DNA from: Rhodothermales bacterium
GTDB taxonomy: Bacteria > Bacteroidota > Rhodothermia > Rhodothermales > BA12
Length of the DNA: 64,000 bases
Direction of reading: 5' to 3'
Assembly (NCBI GenBank): GCA_963841855.1
Contig: CAWJEJ010000005.1
Coordinates: 284,873 to 348,872, forward strand
The notes under the pieces are model-generated. The model was not told the origin of the DNA. It did no database searches and was given only the letters and a program-made list of their open reading frames with translations. Below are positions 48,254-57,051 of this stretch, in pieces; the first letter of the stretch is position 1, and the number at the start of each line of letters is the position of its first letter. A program made the translations under genes and the position numbers.

Positions 48254-49141
48254 TCAGTTGACGAGAGCGCCGTAGACCGATGAGCGGGTCGGGTCTAGCG
48301 TCAGCAGTAGCGCGTAGGCCTGACTAGACTGCGCCGAGCGGCTCAGCATGCCCACGATGGCGCTCGATTTGGTGTCGAAGAAAATGTCGAGCACGTAGGG
48401 ATTGGCCACCTGGTCCGAGACGCCTTCGAACGATTGGAGCGCCGCCAGGACAGACGCCCGGGCGACTTCCGGATCCTCGATGAACGTGTCTATTCCCAGG
48501 CGGTGGACGGCGTAGTAGGCCTGGCGCACGGGCAGGTAGCGCGGATCGGTCATCTCCTGGGCAATCTGCGAGCGCGTCCGATCCGCTCCGAACGAGGTCC
48601 ACCCGCTGACGGCTTCGCCCTGAGCACGCGTCACGATGTCGAAGGCGCGCTCGAAAAAGGGCGTGCCTCCCAGCGGTGCGAACGAATCGTAGTCGTAGCC
48701 CAGAATCAGGTAGGCGTAGTAGTCGAGCAGCGCCGTGAGGCGGTCGACGCGGTTGGGATCGCGCGTCAGGCTCTGCCCCTGCACGTACTCGAACTCCCAT
48801 CCCTCGTCGGCCACCTTGAGCATCGACGTCGTCTGCCGGGTGCCATAGATGGGCCGCTGCGACGTGACGACGAGGCGGGCGCGGTACGAGGTCTGCGTCG
48901 GACTATCGGTGAAAGCGATCTGCATGGCGCAGTCGATGCGCTCTATGTCTTCGACACGGTCATTCGTCCACCGCTGGTTGTTGAGGTACTCTTGCACCTC
49001 AATGGCGAACTGGTCGAGGAAATTGACATCCGAGCGTTCCAGTTGGGCATAGTCGACGTTGACCCGGCAGAGCAGTTCTTGCGCGCCGACCGAGGGCGCG
49101 GCGGCCAGAGCGAGCAGGCAGGCGAGGGAGAGAAAACGCAT
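48254..49141 (-). CDS. DUF4835 family protein (T9SS PorD-type)
   Basis: Start at ATG 49141 gives the signal peptide MRFLSLACLLALAAAPSVGAQ. The pattern LLCRVNVDYAQL...FLDQF...YLNNQRWT...LLDYYAYLILGYDYDSF is typical of DUF4835. Confidence 0.65.
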   Translation of the reverse strand: MRFLSLACLLALAAAPSVGAQELLCRVNVDYAQLERSDVNFLDQFAIEVQEYLNNQRWTNDRVEDIERIDCAMQIAFTDSPTQTSYRARLVVTSQRPIYGTRQTTSMLKVADEGWEFEYVQGQSLTRDPNRVDRLTALLDYYAYLILGYDYDSFAPLGGTPFFERAFDIVTRAQGEAVSGWTSFGADRTRSQIAQEMTDPRYLPVRQAYYAVHRLGIDTFIEDPEVARASVLAALQSFEGVSDQVANPYVLDIFFDTKSSAIVGMLSRSAQSSQAYALLLTLDPTRSSVYGALVN

Positions 49142-49254
49142 CAGGAGGGCGAGATTGGCGGTGGCGAAAGCTACGTCGCCGAGGCAGAGTGGTGCGGGCG
49201 TGGACAAAGCAGCGCGGCGGCTCTATTCTAGCAACGAATCAATTCGCCCGATCC

Positions 49255-50088
49255 GTGCGCACACTGCTCGCCCTGCTCCTCCTGGCTCTCACGCTCCCCG
49301 CCCAGGCGCAACCCGAACTCCAACAGGTCGGCGTGCAGATTCCGCTCGGACAAGGCGCGCGTGCGGCCGGACTGGGCGGCGCCGGACTGGCACTACAGGG
49401 CGACGGCTGGACGCGCGTCGGGGCGATGATGCAGTGGACGCAGCCGGGTCTCACGCTCGGCGCAGAGCAGCGCTTCGGCCTGTCGGAACTACGCGAAGGA
49501 TCGGCTCAGGTGGTTGCGCGGCGCGGCTATACGACGCTGGGAATTCAGGCGGCCAGTTTCGGCAGCGAGGCGTTTCGCAGCTCGCAGTTCGGACTCATCG
49601 CCGCGCGCCGCCTCTTTCCTTCGCAGCCGCGCGCGCTGTCGATCGCACTCCGAGCCGACGCCGTCTCGATCTCGGCGGGAGGCGACTATGGCAACGGCAT
49701 CGGATGGGGACTGAGTCCCAGCGTTTGGGCCGAAGTCACCTACGCGCTCTCGGTCGCTGTCGAAGCGCGCAACGTGATCTCGGGCGACGTGGCCGGCCGC
49801 GAGCCGCTGCCCGCCGACTTGCGCGCCGGAATCGCCTATCTCGCCTCCGATCGCCTGCGCCTGGTCGCCGATCTGGTCCACGACCCGGCTTTCGGACCGG
49901 CTGGGCACGTCGGAGCCGAAGTCCAGATCGTCGATGTGCTCGTGGTGCGCGCAGGCGTCGGCACGGATCCGCAGCAGGTCGGGCTCGGCGCCGGACTGCG
50001 CATCGGTAACCTGCGCGCCGATCTGGCCGCGACGCGTCACCTGCTGCTGGGATGGTCGCCCTCGGTCGAAGTTGGCTGGTCGTGGTAG
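49255..50088 (+). CDS. Outer-membrane beta-barrel, PorQ/PorV-family candidate
   Basis: GTG start gives the signal VRTLLALLLLALTLPAQAQ, followed by GARAAGLGGAGLAL. Shows an alternating strand pattern and an aromatic C-terminus (VEVGWSW). Divergent from the DUF4835 gene. Confidence 0.5.
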   Translation: MRTLLALLLLALTLPAQAQPELQQVGVQIPLGQGARAAGLGGAGLALQGDGWTRVGAMMQWTQPGLTLGAEQRFGLSELREGSAQVVARRGYTTLGIQAASFGSEAFRSSQFGLIAARRLFPSQPRALSIALRADAVSISAGGDYGNGIGWGLSPSVWAEVTYALSVAVEARNVISGDVAGREPLPADLRAGIAYLASDRLRLVADLVHDPAFGPAGHVGAEVQIVDVLVVRAGVGTDPQQVGLGAGLRIGNLRADLAATRHLLLGWSPSVEVGWSW

Positions 50089-50285
50089 AGTCAGCACCTA
50101 CCGCTGGCCTCATCGCGACGCCCCTCCCTCCTGCCGTTTTCCTGCCAAGGCGCGAATTCACTGCCGCCCAAGCTGGAAAACGACGCGGATCTAGTCCCGA
50201 CGAGAACGCACTGGAGCGATCATGAGGGCGGGTGAACCACATTTCGCCCACAATCTTCGACTGAGACTTGCGCGCGGCACGCTTC

Positions 50286-50301
50286 TACTATATTATTAGT
50301 A
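50286..50301. promoter_or_regulatory. Candidate BlaI-family operator
   Basis: AT-rich palindrome TACTA-TATTAT-TAGTA, 21 nt upstream of the repressor ATG, in otherwise GC-rich DNA. Confidence 0.35.
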
Positions 50302-50321
50302 CGAACGCAATAGGAGCCGTC

Positions 50322-50741
50322 ATGTCGAAACGCCGTAAAGCCTCACTCGTCGGACTGGGCGAGACCGAACTCGAAATCTTGCAGCACGTCTGGCATCTGG
50401 GCGATGCGGTCGTGACCGAGGTCCACGCGCGCATTCAGCAGAGCCGCCCGGTCGCGTACACGACCGTCATGACAGTCATGAAAAACCTCGCCGACAAAGG
50501 CTACCTCTCGGGCGAGCGCGACGGCACGCGCATCCGCTACCGTCCCGCTCGGAGCGCGACCAACGTGCGCGGATCCGTCGCCCGGACGCTGGTCGACAAG
50601 GTGTTCGGCGGCTCACCGGTCGAGTTGGTGCAGGCATTGGCGCAGCACGAATCGCTTTCGGACGACGAGATCGCCCACCTGCGCGCGTTCATCGCCACGC
50701 TGGATTCACCGTCACCTAACCCGGACGGCAATGCTGCGTGA
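50322..50741 (+). CDS. BlaI/MecI/CopY family transcriptional repressor
   Basis: Winged-helix N-terminus LGETELEILQHVWHLGDAVVTEVHARIQQSRPVAYTTVMTVMKNLADKGYL. Start set at ATG 50322. Confidence 0.85.
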   Translation: MSKRRKASLVGLGETELEILQHVWHLGDAVVTEVHARIQQSRPVAYTTVMTVMKNLADKGYLSGERDGTRIRYRPARSATNVRGSVARTLVDKVFGGSPVELVQALAQHESLSDDEIAHLRAFIATLDSPSPNPDGNAA

Positions 50742-53370
50742 TGCGACTTTCTGGCTCGCCGACCTGGGCCAATCCGCGCTCTGGTCAATCTGGGTTCCTC
50801 TGCTAGTCTGGAGCCTTGCAGCTGGCACGGCGCTGCTACTCGACCACCGGCTAGCGCTCAGGCGCCCCGATCTGCGGCACCGGTTGCTGGTCGTGCTTCT
50901 CGTCTCGCTTCCGATTGGAATCGGCCTTCGGTCGTGGGCCCCGATCGCGGTGCCGCTCCCCACGCCTGCTCCGACTCACGTCTACGCCGAGCTTCCAGCG
51001 CCGACGAGTACGCCCGCGCTACGGCTCCCCGATGCAAACCGCACGACTGCACAGCCTTCCCAGCGGCAGACTGCACAGCCTTCCCAACTTCAACAGACCG
51101 CCCCGACGTTCTCGCCTCCGCAGCCTGCACCTCCGCTGCTTTGGGCCGGGCTGGGCGCGCTGACGCTGGCGCTGATCGGCTCTTCAGCGTTCGGGCTGGC
51201 ACGATGGACGGTGCGCCAGGTGCGCGTGCGCAGGTGGATCGGTCGGCTCCGTGCCTGCCTGCCCTCACAGGCACGCGACGCGCTGCAAACCACAGCTCGC
51301 CTTGGCGTCGACGCCCCGGTCGCATTCGTCCGCGACGACGTGACGCCGTTCTCGCATGGCCTCTTGCGCCCGCGCATCGTACTGCCGATCTCGCTCGCTG
51401 GTGATCCCGACGCGCTCCGCCTCGCGCTCACCCACGAAGCTGCGCACGTCCGCTCGCACGATCCAGCGTGGGATGCGGCGGCTCGGCTGGCCTGCGCGCT
51501 CACACCCTGGCATCCCGCTTCCCAGGCCCTCGTCACTCGTGCTGCGCTTCGCCGCGAGCAAGCCGCCGATGCCTGCGTGCTGTCGGTCCGCCCCTCGGAG
51601 CGCTCGCTCTACGCCCACCTGCTGCTGCGCTACGCCATCGCTCCGGTCCCCGTCGCCCTCGCCGCCCCTCGCAACCACCTCACGCCCCGCGTCCACGCCA
51701 TGTCGCTCCGCCTCACCTCGTCGCCCAGCAGCCTTCCCATCGCGCTGCTCGTCTTACTGATGCTCAGTCTCAGCCTGTCGGTTCGGGCTCAGGAAGCGCC
51801 TTCGTCGGACGTTTCGCCTGCCGACCAGGCAAAAATGGACAGCATTCTGGCCGAAGCGCAGACGTTCCGGATTCCTCCTGCCGCACCGCCCGCCGCTACG
51901 GATCGCGTGTTCGATGAGTGGGACCGGCAGGCGCTGCGCATCGGCCCCGATGGGCAGCATTTCATGTATTCCGAACCCGACCTCATTACCGATGAGGCGC
52001 GCGCACTGGGCGTCGAAGGCGACGTGCTCGTCCGGTTCGTCGTCACCAAACAGGGGACGGTGCGCGACGCCGAGGTGCGCCGCGGCTTGGGCGCCGGACT
52101 CGACGAAGCAGCGCTCGACCAGGTGTCGCGCTACCTCTACCGCCCTGCCGAGCGTGGTGGTGAATCGGTAAACGTGCGCCTGCTCCAGCTCGTCCGCTTC
52201 CGCCTCGACTCGTCGTACGTGCGGCTGGACGACGGCAAACTGCGCCTCACCGACCTCGACCGCACCGACCTCGGCCTGACCGGAGCGGTCGTGGACGCGA
52301 ACGGCGAGGTGGTGCCGGGCGCCACGATCGTGATGCCCGATGCCTACACGTCAGCCGTCACGGGCGGTGATGGGCGCTTCACACTCATCGTCGACGGCCA
52401 CGAACTGTTGAGCGGCGTTCGCCTATCGGCTTCAGGTTACCCTGCGCGAATCGTCCTTCTGCCCGCGCGAGAGGAGTTGATCTCTCCGCGTTGGGAGGAT
52501 GCAGACGGGTACGAGCTAGGCATGAAGTCGCTTCGCATCGTCGGCTCGACGCAAACCAGCCGCGGCTTCGTAGGGCAGGTGCTGGACTCCGACAGCGGCG
52601 AGCCGCTCGTGGGCGCGAGCGTGCGAGTAGGATCGACGCAGGTCGAGTCGGTATCAGACGATGAGGGGCGCTTCTTCCTCGCGCTCACCGACCTTCCGCC
52701 CGACGGCACGATCATCGTCTCGGCGCCCGGCTACGACGGCTACGTGGTCCTCGACATCAACGGCCTGATCTACGCGGGGCGCGAAATGGGGCTACTGATT
52801 CCGATGCAAAGCCCGCAAGCCGTCAGCGATGCGCTGGACGAGGAGTGGCGCGCCCGGTTCAACCCGATGGTGTCGCTGCGCATGACCTTCTCGCAAAAGC
52901 ACTATCCGGTCGGCATAGAGCGCGTCGAGTCGGACTGCCCCGAGTTGGACGCCGTAGCGCTGGCAACGGCGCAGTCGATGCGGCTGAGTCTCAAGCCCGG
53001 CGAGGCTGAGAGCGGCGAACACGCCTACCTGATGCTCGGCTGCAACAGTCTGCGCGGCGAGCCCATCGGCGCATCCGCCCGTCCGCTGTTCGACATTGCA
53101 CTGTGGGTCGCGCATGCCATGCAAAACTCCCTGGAGCAGAGCGCAGAGTGGCCGCACGTCCTCTTCAGAGCCGACCTCTCGCCGATGCGCCGGTACACCT
53201 CTCCCACCGTCATGCGCTCGGACTGCCCCACTCGCAACGACGCCGCGCTACGCTTCGTGACGGAGCGGATGAGTCTGATGCCGAGTTCGATGGAGCGCTG
53301 GATGGACTACCGCGAAAACCTCCCCGAATCGGTCATCGGTTTCGTCCCGTGTTCGTACGCGGCAGACTGA
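50731..53370 (+). CDS. BlaR1-like M56 peptidase sensor fused to TonB_C and CarboxypepD_reg-like domains
   Basis: HEXXH motif in LTHEAAHVRSHD. TonB C-terminal-like segment GVEGDVLVRFVVTKQGTVRDAEVRRGLGAGLDEAALDQVSRYLYRPA. Two Ig-like segments (GAVVDANGEVVPGATIVM..., GQVLDSDSGEPLVGASVRV...). Overlaps the repressor gene by 11 nt. Confidence 0.75.
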   Translation: MLRDATFWLADLGQSALWSIWVPLLVWSLAAGTALLLDHRLALRRPDLRHRLLVVLLVSLPIGIGLRSWAPIAVPLPTPAPTHVYAELPAPTSTPALRLPDANRTTAQPSQRQTAQPSQLQQTAPTFSPPQPAPPLLWAGLGALTLALIGSSAFGLARWTVRQVRVRRWIGRLRACLPSQARDALQTTARLGVDAPVAFVRDDVTPFSHGLLRPRIVLPISLAGDPDALRLALTHEAAHVRSHDPAWDAAARLACALTPWHPASQALVTRAALRREQAADACVLSVRPSERSLYAHLLLRYAIAPVPVALAAPRNHLTPRVHAMSLRLTSSPSSLPIALLVLLMLSLSLSVRAQEAPSSDVSPADQAKMDSILAEAQTFRIPPAAPPAATDRVFDEWDRQALRIGPDGQHFMYSEPDLITDEARALGVEGDVLVRFVVTKQGTVRDAEVRRGLGAGLDEAALDQVSRYLYRPAERGGESVNVRLLQLVRFRLDSSYVRLDDGKLRLTDLDRTDLGLTGAVVDANGEVVPGATIVMPDAYTSAVTGGDGRFTLIVDGHELLSGVRLSASGYPARIVLLPAREELISPRWEDADGYELGMKSLRIVGSTQTSRGFVGQVLDSDSGEPLVGASVRVGSTQVESVSDDEGRFFLALTDLPPDGTIIVSAPGYDGYVVLDINGLIYAGREMGLLIPMQSPQAVSDALDEEWRARFNPMVSLRMTFSQKHYPVGIERVESDCPELDAVALATAQSMRLSLKPGEAESGEHAYLMLGCNSLRGEPIGASARPLFDIALWVAHAMQNSLEQSAEWPHVLFRADLSPMRRYTSPTVMRSDCPTRNDAALRFVTERMSLMPSSMERWMDYRENLPESVIGFVPCSYAAD

Positions 53371-53541
53371 GCCGGAGCCGTGCGGCATTCCCGCTGGTCA
53401 CTGTGCGCCGCATCTCAAAGCTGTCCACTTTTGCAATGTCGACGGCTTTCCACTCTCGACCCATCTCTCGGATTGCGGCTGTGCAGCACCTCAAGGGCCG
53501 AGGCGGCAGTGTAGATTGCGGCTCGCCCTTCCGTCCCGCCG

Positions 53542-55596
53542 ATGCCCTTCCGATGGCTCTTCGCCTTACTCTTACTCCTGGCCGCGCCGACGCTGCACGC
53601 TCAGGAGCGCGACTCGACTGAAGCCTACGGCGATCTGGATGATCTGCTAGAGTCCGCCGCCATCGACGGCGACGAAGAAGCGCTGGCGGCTCGGCTCGAA
53701 GATTTGGCCGCGCGCCCGCTCGACCTCAACAGCGCATCAGCCGACGAAATCGCCGTCCTGCCGGGCATCTCGCCGCTGCTTGCATCGGCCATCGTGCGGT
53801 TCCGCGAGAGCCGGGCCACGCCGCTTCGCGCTCTCGAACAACTGCTGGCCATCGACGGCATCACGTCGGACGAGATCAGTCTGATGCGTCCGTTCGTGAC
53901 GTTTCGCGAGCCGTCGCAGCTTCGCGAGAGTCTGCGCGAGGCGCTGAGCGACATCCGCGTGCTGGGCGTCCACCGCGTGGGTACGCGCTTGGAACGGTCG
54001 CGCGGCTTTAGCGAAGGCCGCTACCCCGGGCCGCGCGCTGGCCTGCTGACGCGGACTCGCGTGCTGATCGGCGACAGGTTACAGGCCAACCTCACGCTCG
54101 AAAACGATGCGGGCGAGCGCATAGGCTTCGGCGACGGGCGCGAAGGTCCGGCCGACTTCACGAGCGCGCACCTCGCCCTCCGCGACCTCGGCCCGGTCCG
54201 CGAACTGGTCGTCGGAGACTTCACGACGGCGTTCGGCGAGGGCTTGGTCGTCGGGCGGGCCGGAGCGATCGGCAAATCGCGCGAGGCGACGAGCGGCGTC
54301 GGGCGCGCGGGCAGTGGCATCCGACCGTACGGCGGATCGGCCGAGACGCTGTTTCTGCGCGGTGTGGGCGCTCAGGTGGCGCTGCCGTGGGGCGCATCGG
54401 CGTCGGCGTGGGGGTCGGTGCGCGACGTCGACGCCAGTCTGGACTCGGTCGGAGGAGCGCCGGTGATCTTGTCGATCTCGGAGTCCGGACTGCACCGGAC
54501 CGACAGCGAGTTGGCGCGGCGAGGCGCGGTCGAGGCGCGCGAGTTTGGCGGAGCGCTCCAGTTCGAGCGCGAGCGGTTCGGCGTGGGCATCGTCGCTGCT
54601 CAGCGCAGTTATCCGTTTCCCGTCGCGACCACGAACGGACGATTCCGCCGCGACCCCATTCAGCGCACGCATTATGCAGGTTTTGGGCTGTTCGGAAACG
54701 TGACGGTCGGTGAGGCCAGACTGTTCGGCGAGCTCGGCCTAGACGGCAGTGGCCATCGCAGCGCAGTCGGCGGCGTGGCGGCGCGCGTCGGTCGCGGATC
54801 GACGGTCCTGATGCACGTGCGTTTGGCTCAGGCAGATTTCGATCCGGTGCAGAACGGCGCGTTTGCCGAGCAGTCGGCCGGATTGGCCGGCGAGGAAGGC
54901 GTCTATCTCGGCCTGACGAGCCGCCTGACGCGCACGCTCCGCCTCAACCTCTACGCCGACGCCTACCGCCTGACGGCCCCGTCGCGCTTCCGCTCTCGCC
55001 CCACGCCCGGACTCGATCTGCTGGCCGATGTGGGCTGGTCGCCGCGCCGCTGGGCTCGCCTCGACGTGACACTCCGCACCGAGAAGCGCGATGACGCGGT
55101 TTCGACATTCACGCCGTTCGGGTCGGAGTTCGCGAGCGTCGGATCCGAGTACCGCACGTCGGCGCGCGTCCAGGGCACCTACGTCTACAACGACGACGTG
55201 CGCCTGCGCCTGCGCGCCGATCTGGTCCGCGCCCAAACGCCTGACGACAATCGCCCCACCGCGTACGGCACGTTCGCCGCCGCCGACGCGCGCTGGCGCG
55301 TGTGGCCGCGCCTGTCGCTCGACGCCCGCATGGCAGTCTTCGACGTGGACGCGTTCGAGGCGCGCGTCTACGCCTACGAATCCGACCTGCGCTTCCGGTT
55401 CAGCGTTCCCGCGTTCGGCGGACGCGGCGTGCGGCAGTACCTCGTCGCCCGGTGGGACGCGCTGCCCGGCATCCGCGTCGAGGCGCGCTACGCGCAGACG
55501 GTGCGGCAGGACGTGGCCAATCTGAGCAGCGGCCTGGACGCCATCGACGGCAACCGCGCGCGCGACGTGCAACTGCAAGTGCTCGTCAACCTGTGA
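53542..55596 (+). CDS. Helix-hairpin-helix (ComEA-like) domain protein with large beta-rich C-terminal region
   Basis: Signal peptide MPFRWLFALLLLLAAPTLHAQ. Tandem HhH motifs (LNSASADEIAVLPGISPLLASAIVRFR, LLAIDGITSDEISLMRPFV). The remaining ~550 aa show an alternating beta pattern. Confidence 0.65.
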   Translation: MPFRWLFALLLLLAAPTLHAQERDSTEAYGDLDDLLESAAIDGDEEALAARLEDLAARPLDLNSASADEIAVLPGISPLLASAIVRFRESRATPLRALEQLLAIDGITSDEISLMRPFVTFREPSQLRESLREALSDIRVLGVHRVGTRLERSRGFSEGRYPGPRAGLLTRTRVLIGDRLQANLTLENDAGERIGFGDGREGPADFTSAHLALRDLGPVRELVVGDFTTAFGEGLVVGRAGAIGKSREATSGVGRAGSGIRPYGGSAETLFLRGVGAQVALPWGASASAWGSVRDVDASLDSVGGAPVILSISESGLHRTDSELARRGAVEAREFGGALQFERERFGVGIVAAQRSYPFPVATTNGRFRRDPIQRTHYAGFGLFGNVTVGEARLFGELGLDGSGHRSAVGGVAARVGRGSTVLMHVRLAQADFDPVQNGAFAEQSAGLAGEEGVYLGLTSRLTRTLRLNLYADAYRLTAPSRFRSRPTPGLDLLADVGWSPRRWARLDVTLRTEKRDDAVSTFTPFGSEFASVGSEYRTSARVQGTYVYNDDVRLRLRADLVRAQTPDDNRPTAYGTFAAADARWRVWPRLSLDARMAVFDVDAFEARVYAYESDLRFRFSVPAFGGRGVRQYLVARWDALPGIRVEARYAQTVRQDVANLSSGLDAIDGNRARDVQLQVLVNL

Positions 55597-55641
55597 GCGT
55601 CAGTGCGGGGCGGAGGACCAACGCGCTGAACCCCGCTGCTC

Positions 55642-55723
55642 GTCATCGCGAGGAGCGGAGCGACGTGGCGATCTCCGTAGTATCGGCAGGCGCTGGAGAT
55701 CGCCACGCTGCGCTCGCGATGAC
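55642..55723. repeat. Palindromic repeat, family 2
   Basis: Arm GTCATCGCGAGGAGCGGAGCGACGTGGCGATCTCC (55642-55676) and inverted arm GGAGATCGCCACGCTGCGCTCGCGATGAC (55695-55723), with central TATCGGC. Collinear with 17352-17431. Confidence 0.8.
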
Positions 55724-55805
55724 ACAGGGTGGGCGGTGGCGGCAGTCGCCTAGGCGCGGTGCGGTTGGCGCCGAGTGTTGGAGCGTGAGCGCGCTGGGCC
55801 AAACG

Positions 55806-55840
55806 CAAAAACGTCCGAGCCGCTGGTGCAGCCCGGACGC
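55806..55840 (-). terminator. Candidate terminator downstream of tRNA-Ser
   Basis: On the minus strand, stem CGUCCG...CGGACG followed by UUUUUGCGUUU. It starts immediately after the tRNA 3' end. Confidence 0.5.
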
Positions 55841-55845
55841 TTGGG

Positions 55846-55930
55846 AGGAGAGAGAGGGATTCGAACCCTCGGTACCTTGCGGTACACCGCATTTCGAATG
55901 CGGACCGTTCGACCACTCCGGCATCTCTCC
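55846..55930 (-). tRNA. tRNA-Ser (anticodon CGA)
   Basis: Minus strand reads GGAGAGAUGCCGGAGUGGUCGAACGGUCCGCAUUCGAAAUGCGGUGUACCGCAAGGUACCGAGGGUUCGAAUCCCUCUCUCUCC. Acceptor GGAGAGA/UCUCUCC, anticodon stem CCGCA/UGCGG with loop UUCGAAA, long variable arm, and T-arm GAGGG-UUCGAAU-CCCUC. No CCA is encoded. Confidence 0.9.
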
Positions 55931-56009
55931 TTAGTCGGGCGACCAAACTACCACCGGCCGCTGCTCTTTTCCATCCTCGGCGTGTAAAAAAGCGTTAAAG
56001 CCGAGTGGA

Positions 56010-57047
56010 TCAGCGAGGGATTTCGACCTGCCGCAAGATGTCGGCGACGACTTCGTCGGGTGCGCGGCCTTCCATTTCGAGTTCGGGCGCGAGTTGGATG
56101 CGGTGGCGCAGCACATGTGGCGCGACGGCCTGAATGTCGTCGGGGAGCACGTAGTCGCGCCCGGCGAGGACGGCGTAGGCGCGTCCGCTCGAAAGCAAAC
56201 TCAGCGACGCGCGCGGCGAGGCTCCGAGCATCAGCGACGCATTGCCCCTCGTGGCGAGCGTGATACCGGCGATGTAGCGCACGACCGGCGGCTCGACGCG
56301 CACCTGCGACACGATGCTGCGCGCCTGGGCCAACTCGGCTTTCGACAAGACGGCGCCAATCGTCTCGACGACGGCGGACGGCGCTTTGGTGAGCGCGCGC
56401 GTTAGGATTTCGACCTCTTCATCGGCGGTCGGATAGTCCAGGGCGAGCTTGAACAGGAAGCGGTCTAGCTGGGCTTCGGGCAGGCGGTAGGTGCCTTCGT
56501 GTTCAAGCGGGTTCTGCGTCGCGAGCACCATAAACGGCTCGGACATCGGATAGGTCGTGCCATCGACCGTCACCTGGCGCTCCTCCATCACTTCGAACAG
56601 CGCCGACTGCGTCTTGGCAGGCGCTCGGTTGATCTCGTCGATCAGCACGAAGTTGGAGAAGATCGGCCCGGCGCGAAACGAGAACTCGGCGCTCTTGGGG
56701 TTGAAGACGGCTGTCCCCACCACGTCGGACGGCATCAGGTCGGGCGTGAACTGGATGCGGCGATAGTCGGCATCGACCGTACGGGCGAGCAGCCTGGCCG
56801 TCAGGGTTTTGGCGATGCCCGGAACGCCTTCGAGCAGCACGTGGCCACCCGAGAGCAGAGCGGTCAGCAGCAGCGTCACGCGCTCTTCCTGGCCGACGAG
56901 CGCCCGCCCCACCTCGGCGCGGACACGAGCGGCGGCATCGGCGACCGAAGCCAGATCGATGCGAGGCGCGTCGGGATCGAAGGCAGGGGCGGCGCTGGAA
57001 TCGGTGGGAGGCAGCGCGGGTGGCGAGGAATCGGTGGGGTCGAGCAT
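56010..57047 (-). CDS. MoxR family AAA+ ATPase
   Basis: Walker A context HVLLEGVPGIAKT, followed by RIQFTPDLMPSDVVGT and Walker B VLIDEINRAPAKTQSALFEVMEE. Confidence 0.9.
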   Translation of the reverse strand: MLDPTDSSPPALPPTDSSAAPAFDPDAPRIDLASVADAAARVRAEVGRALVGQEERVTLLLTALLSGGHVLLEGVPGIAKTLTARLLARTVDADYRRIQFTPDLMPSDVVGTAVFNPKSAEFSFRAGPIFSNFVLIDEINRAPAKTQSALFEVMEERQVTVDGTTYPMSEPFMVLATQNPLEHEGTYRLPEAQLDRFLFKLALDYPTADEEVEILTRALTKAPSAVVETIGAVLSKAELAQARSIVSQVRVEPPVVRYIAGITLATRGNASLMLGASPRASLSLLSSGRAYAVLAGRDYVLPDDIQAVAPHVLRHRIQLAPELEMEGRAPDEVVADILRQVEIPR

Positions 57048-57051
57048 CGGG

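Noticed and set aside
55806-55930. tRNA-Ser as an integration site for a genomic island
   Set aside because: There is no integrase on either side. I saw no direct repeat of the tRNA 3' end nearby, and there is no compositional shift. The flanking genes look like core genes.
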